Of a DNA stretch of 64,000 nt, positions 63,251 to 64,000 are shown in pieces. The DNA is taken from assembly GCA_028023455.1 (NCBI GenBank), contig JAQFVV010000005.1, positions 16,864,001 through 16,928,000 on the forward strand, in the 5' to 3' direction. The position numbers and the translations under genes were made by a program. The notes below the pieces were generated by a model. That model was given only the letters and a program-made list of their open reading frames with translations, did not search any database and was not told the origin of the DNA. Numbering within the stretch: the stretch's first letter is position 1; every line of letters starts with the position of its first letter. The DNA is from Epiperipatus broadwayi (Eukaryota > Animalia > Onychophora).

Positions 63251-64000
63251 AATATTTGGAATGATCAAAAGAATTCTGTACAGCTATATAAAAATTATCT
63301 ATAACATAAGAATTTATTAGGCATAAATTTTAATTATATGTTCTTGTTATCTTCGTTTAAGTTGAACAATTAGTCTTGCCACTATCAGACTAAATTCGGT
63401 CTCCAGAACAATGTTTTTTTCTTCTTTTATTTGTGATAAATCTCAGTACATTTCCAATAATTGTGGGTTTTTTAAAATTCAATTGTCTTCAACTCTATTA
63501 ACTTTACAAAATCCAATAATATCCCATTTAATATCGGATAGTTATTCCAATTCAAGCAATCTTCTTTACTTGAAAGTGATTTGTAGATAGTTCATCATCA
63601 AATGGCAACCTGGATCCATGAGACTCTTAGCATCTTCAGTCACCAAGGCCTACCATGGCTAATGATGATGAAAATAAGAGCTATAATTTAGTTTTTACCA
63701 TCACAACTGTATTCATAATAAAATCAGAATTCATCCATCCATCTATCTAATCATCTAATTGCAAGAAAAGCAGTCTAAGTTAAAAATTATTAAGCATTTG
63801 AGAAAGACTATTAATATTTTTCTCAATTTTAAATACAAATATAAAAAGCCAATAAACTCACCACATTGATTGGTGCATGGTGATGAGCAGACCATCCATG
63901 TTCATTTATTATGTAAAGAAACCCATTATAATAACAGCTAATTACAATCTTTGATTCAGTTGGACAAGCTAAATAATGGAACTTTTTAGAAACATGGATG

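Noticed and set aside
1-64000. CRISPR arrays, rRNA, intact tRNA genes or prokaryotic operons
   Set aside because: No regularly spaced repeat-spacer array, no rRNA-like sequence, tRNA-like heads have broken acceptor stems, and the context is eukaryotic

Overview
Very AT-rich, CpG-poor eukaryotic (probably invertebrate animal) intergenic or intronic DNA. I recognise no intact protein-coding gene. The ORF track consists of decayed retroelement fragments, microsatellite translations and chance frames. The window holds about 7 decayed RTE-clade LINE fragments, 2 fragments of a CCHC-ending LINE, 2 hAT MITEs with exact 8-bp TSDs, old SINE-like heads, mini- and microsatellites, and two promoter-like CpG-retaining patches. 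The main signal is four unrelated short repeat families (here X, Y, Z, W) that each carry a type I hammerhead ribozyme (HHR) or a reconstructable remnant of one. They appear as tandem monomers (X about 463-472 nt, Z 264 nt; retrozyme-like) and/or as asymmetric fold-back palindromes, with 11-14 bp TSDs in family Y. Within a copy the two arms share copy-specific variants, and one fold-back junction sits exactly at the predicted ribozyme cleavage site. Family W couples a tRNA-Phe-like head to a Penelope-type HHR. A recurring ~30-bp bipartite CTCF-like motif (TGATTATTCAAG-N3-ACAATAGATGGCGC) is also present. All folds and alignments were done by eye, and boundaries without TSDs are approximate.
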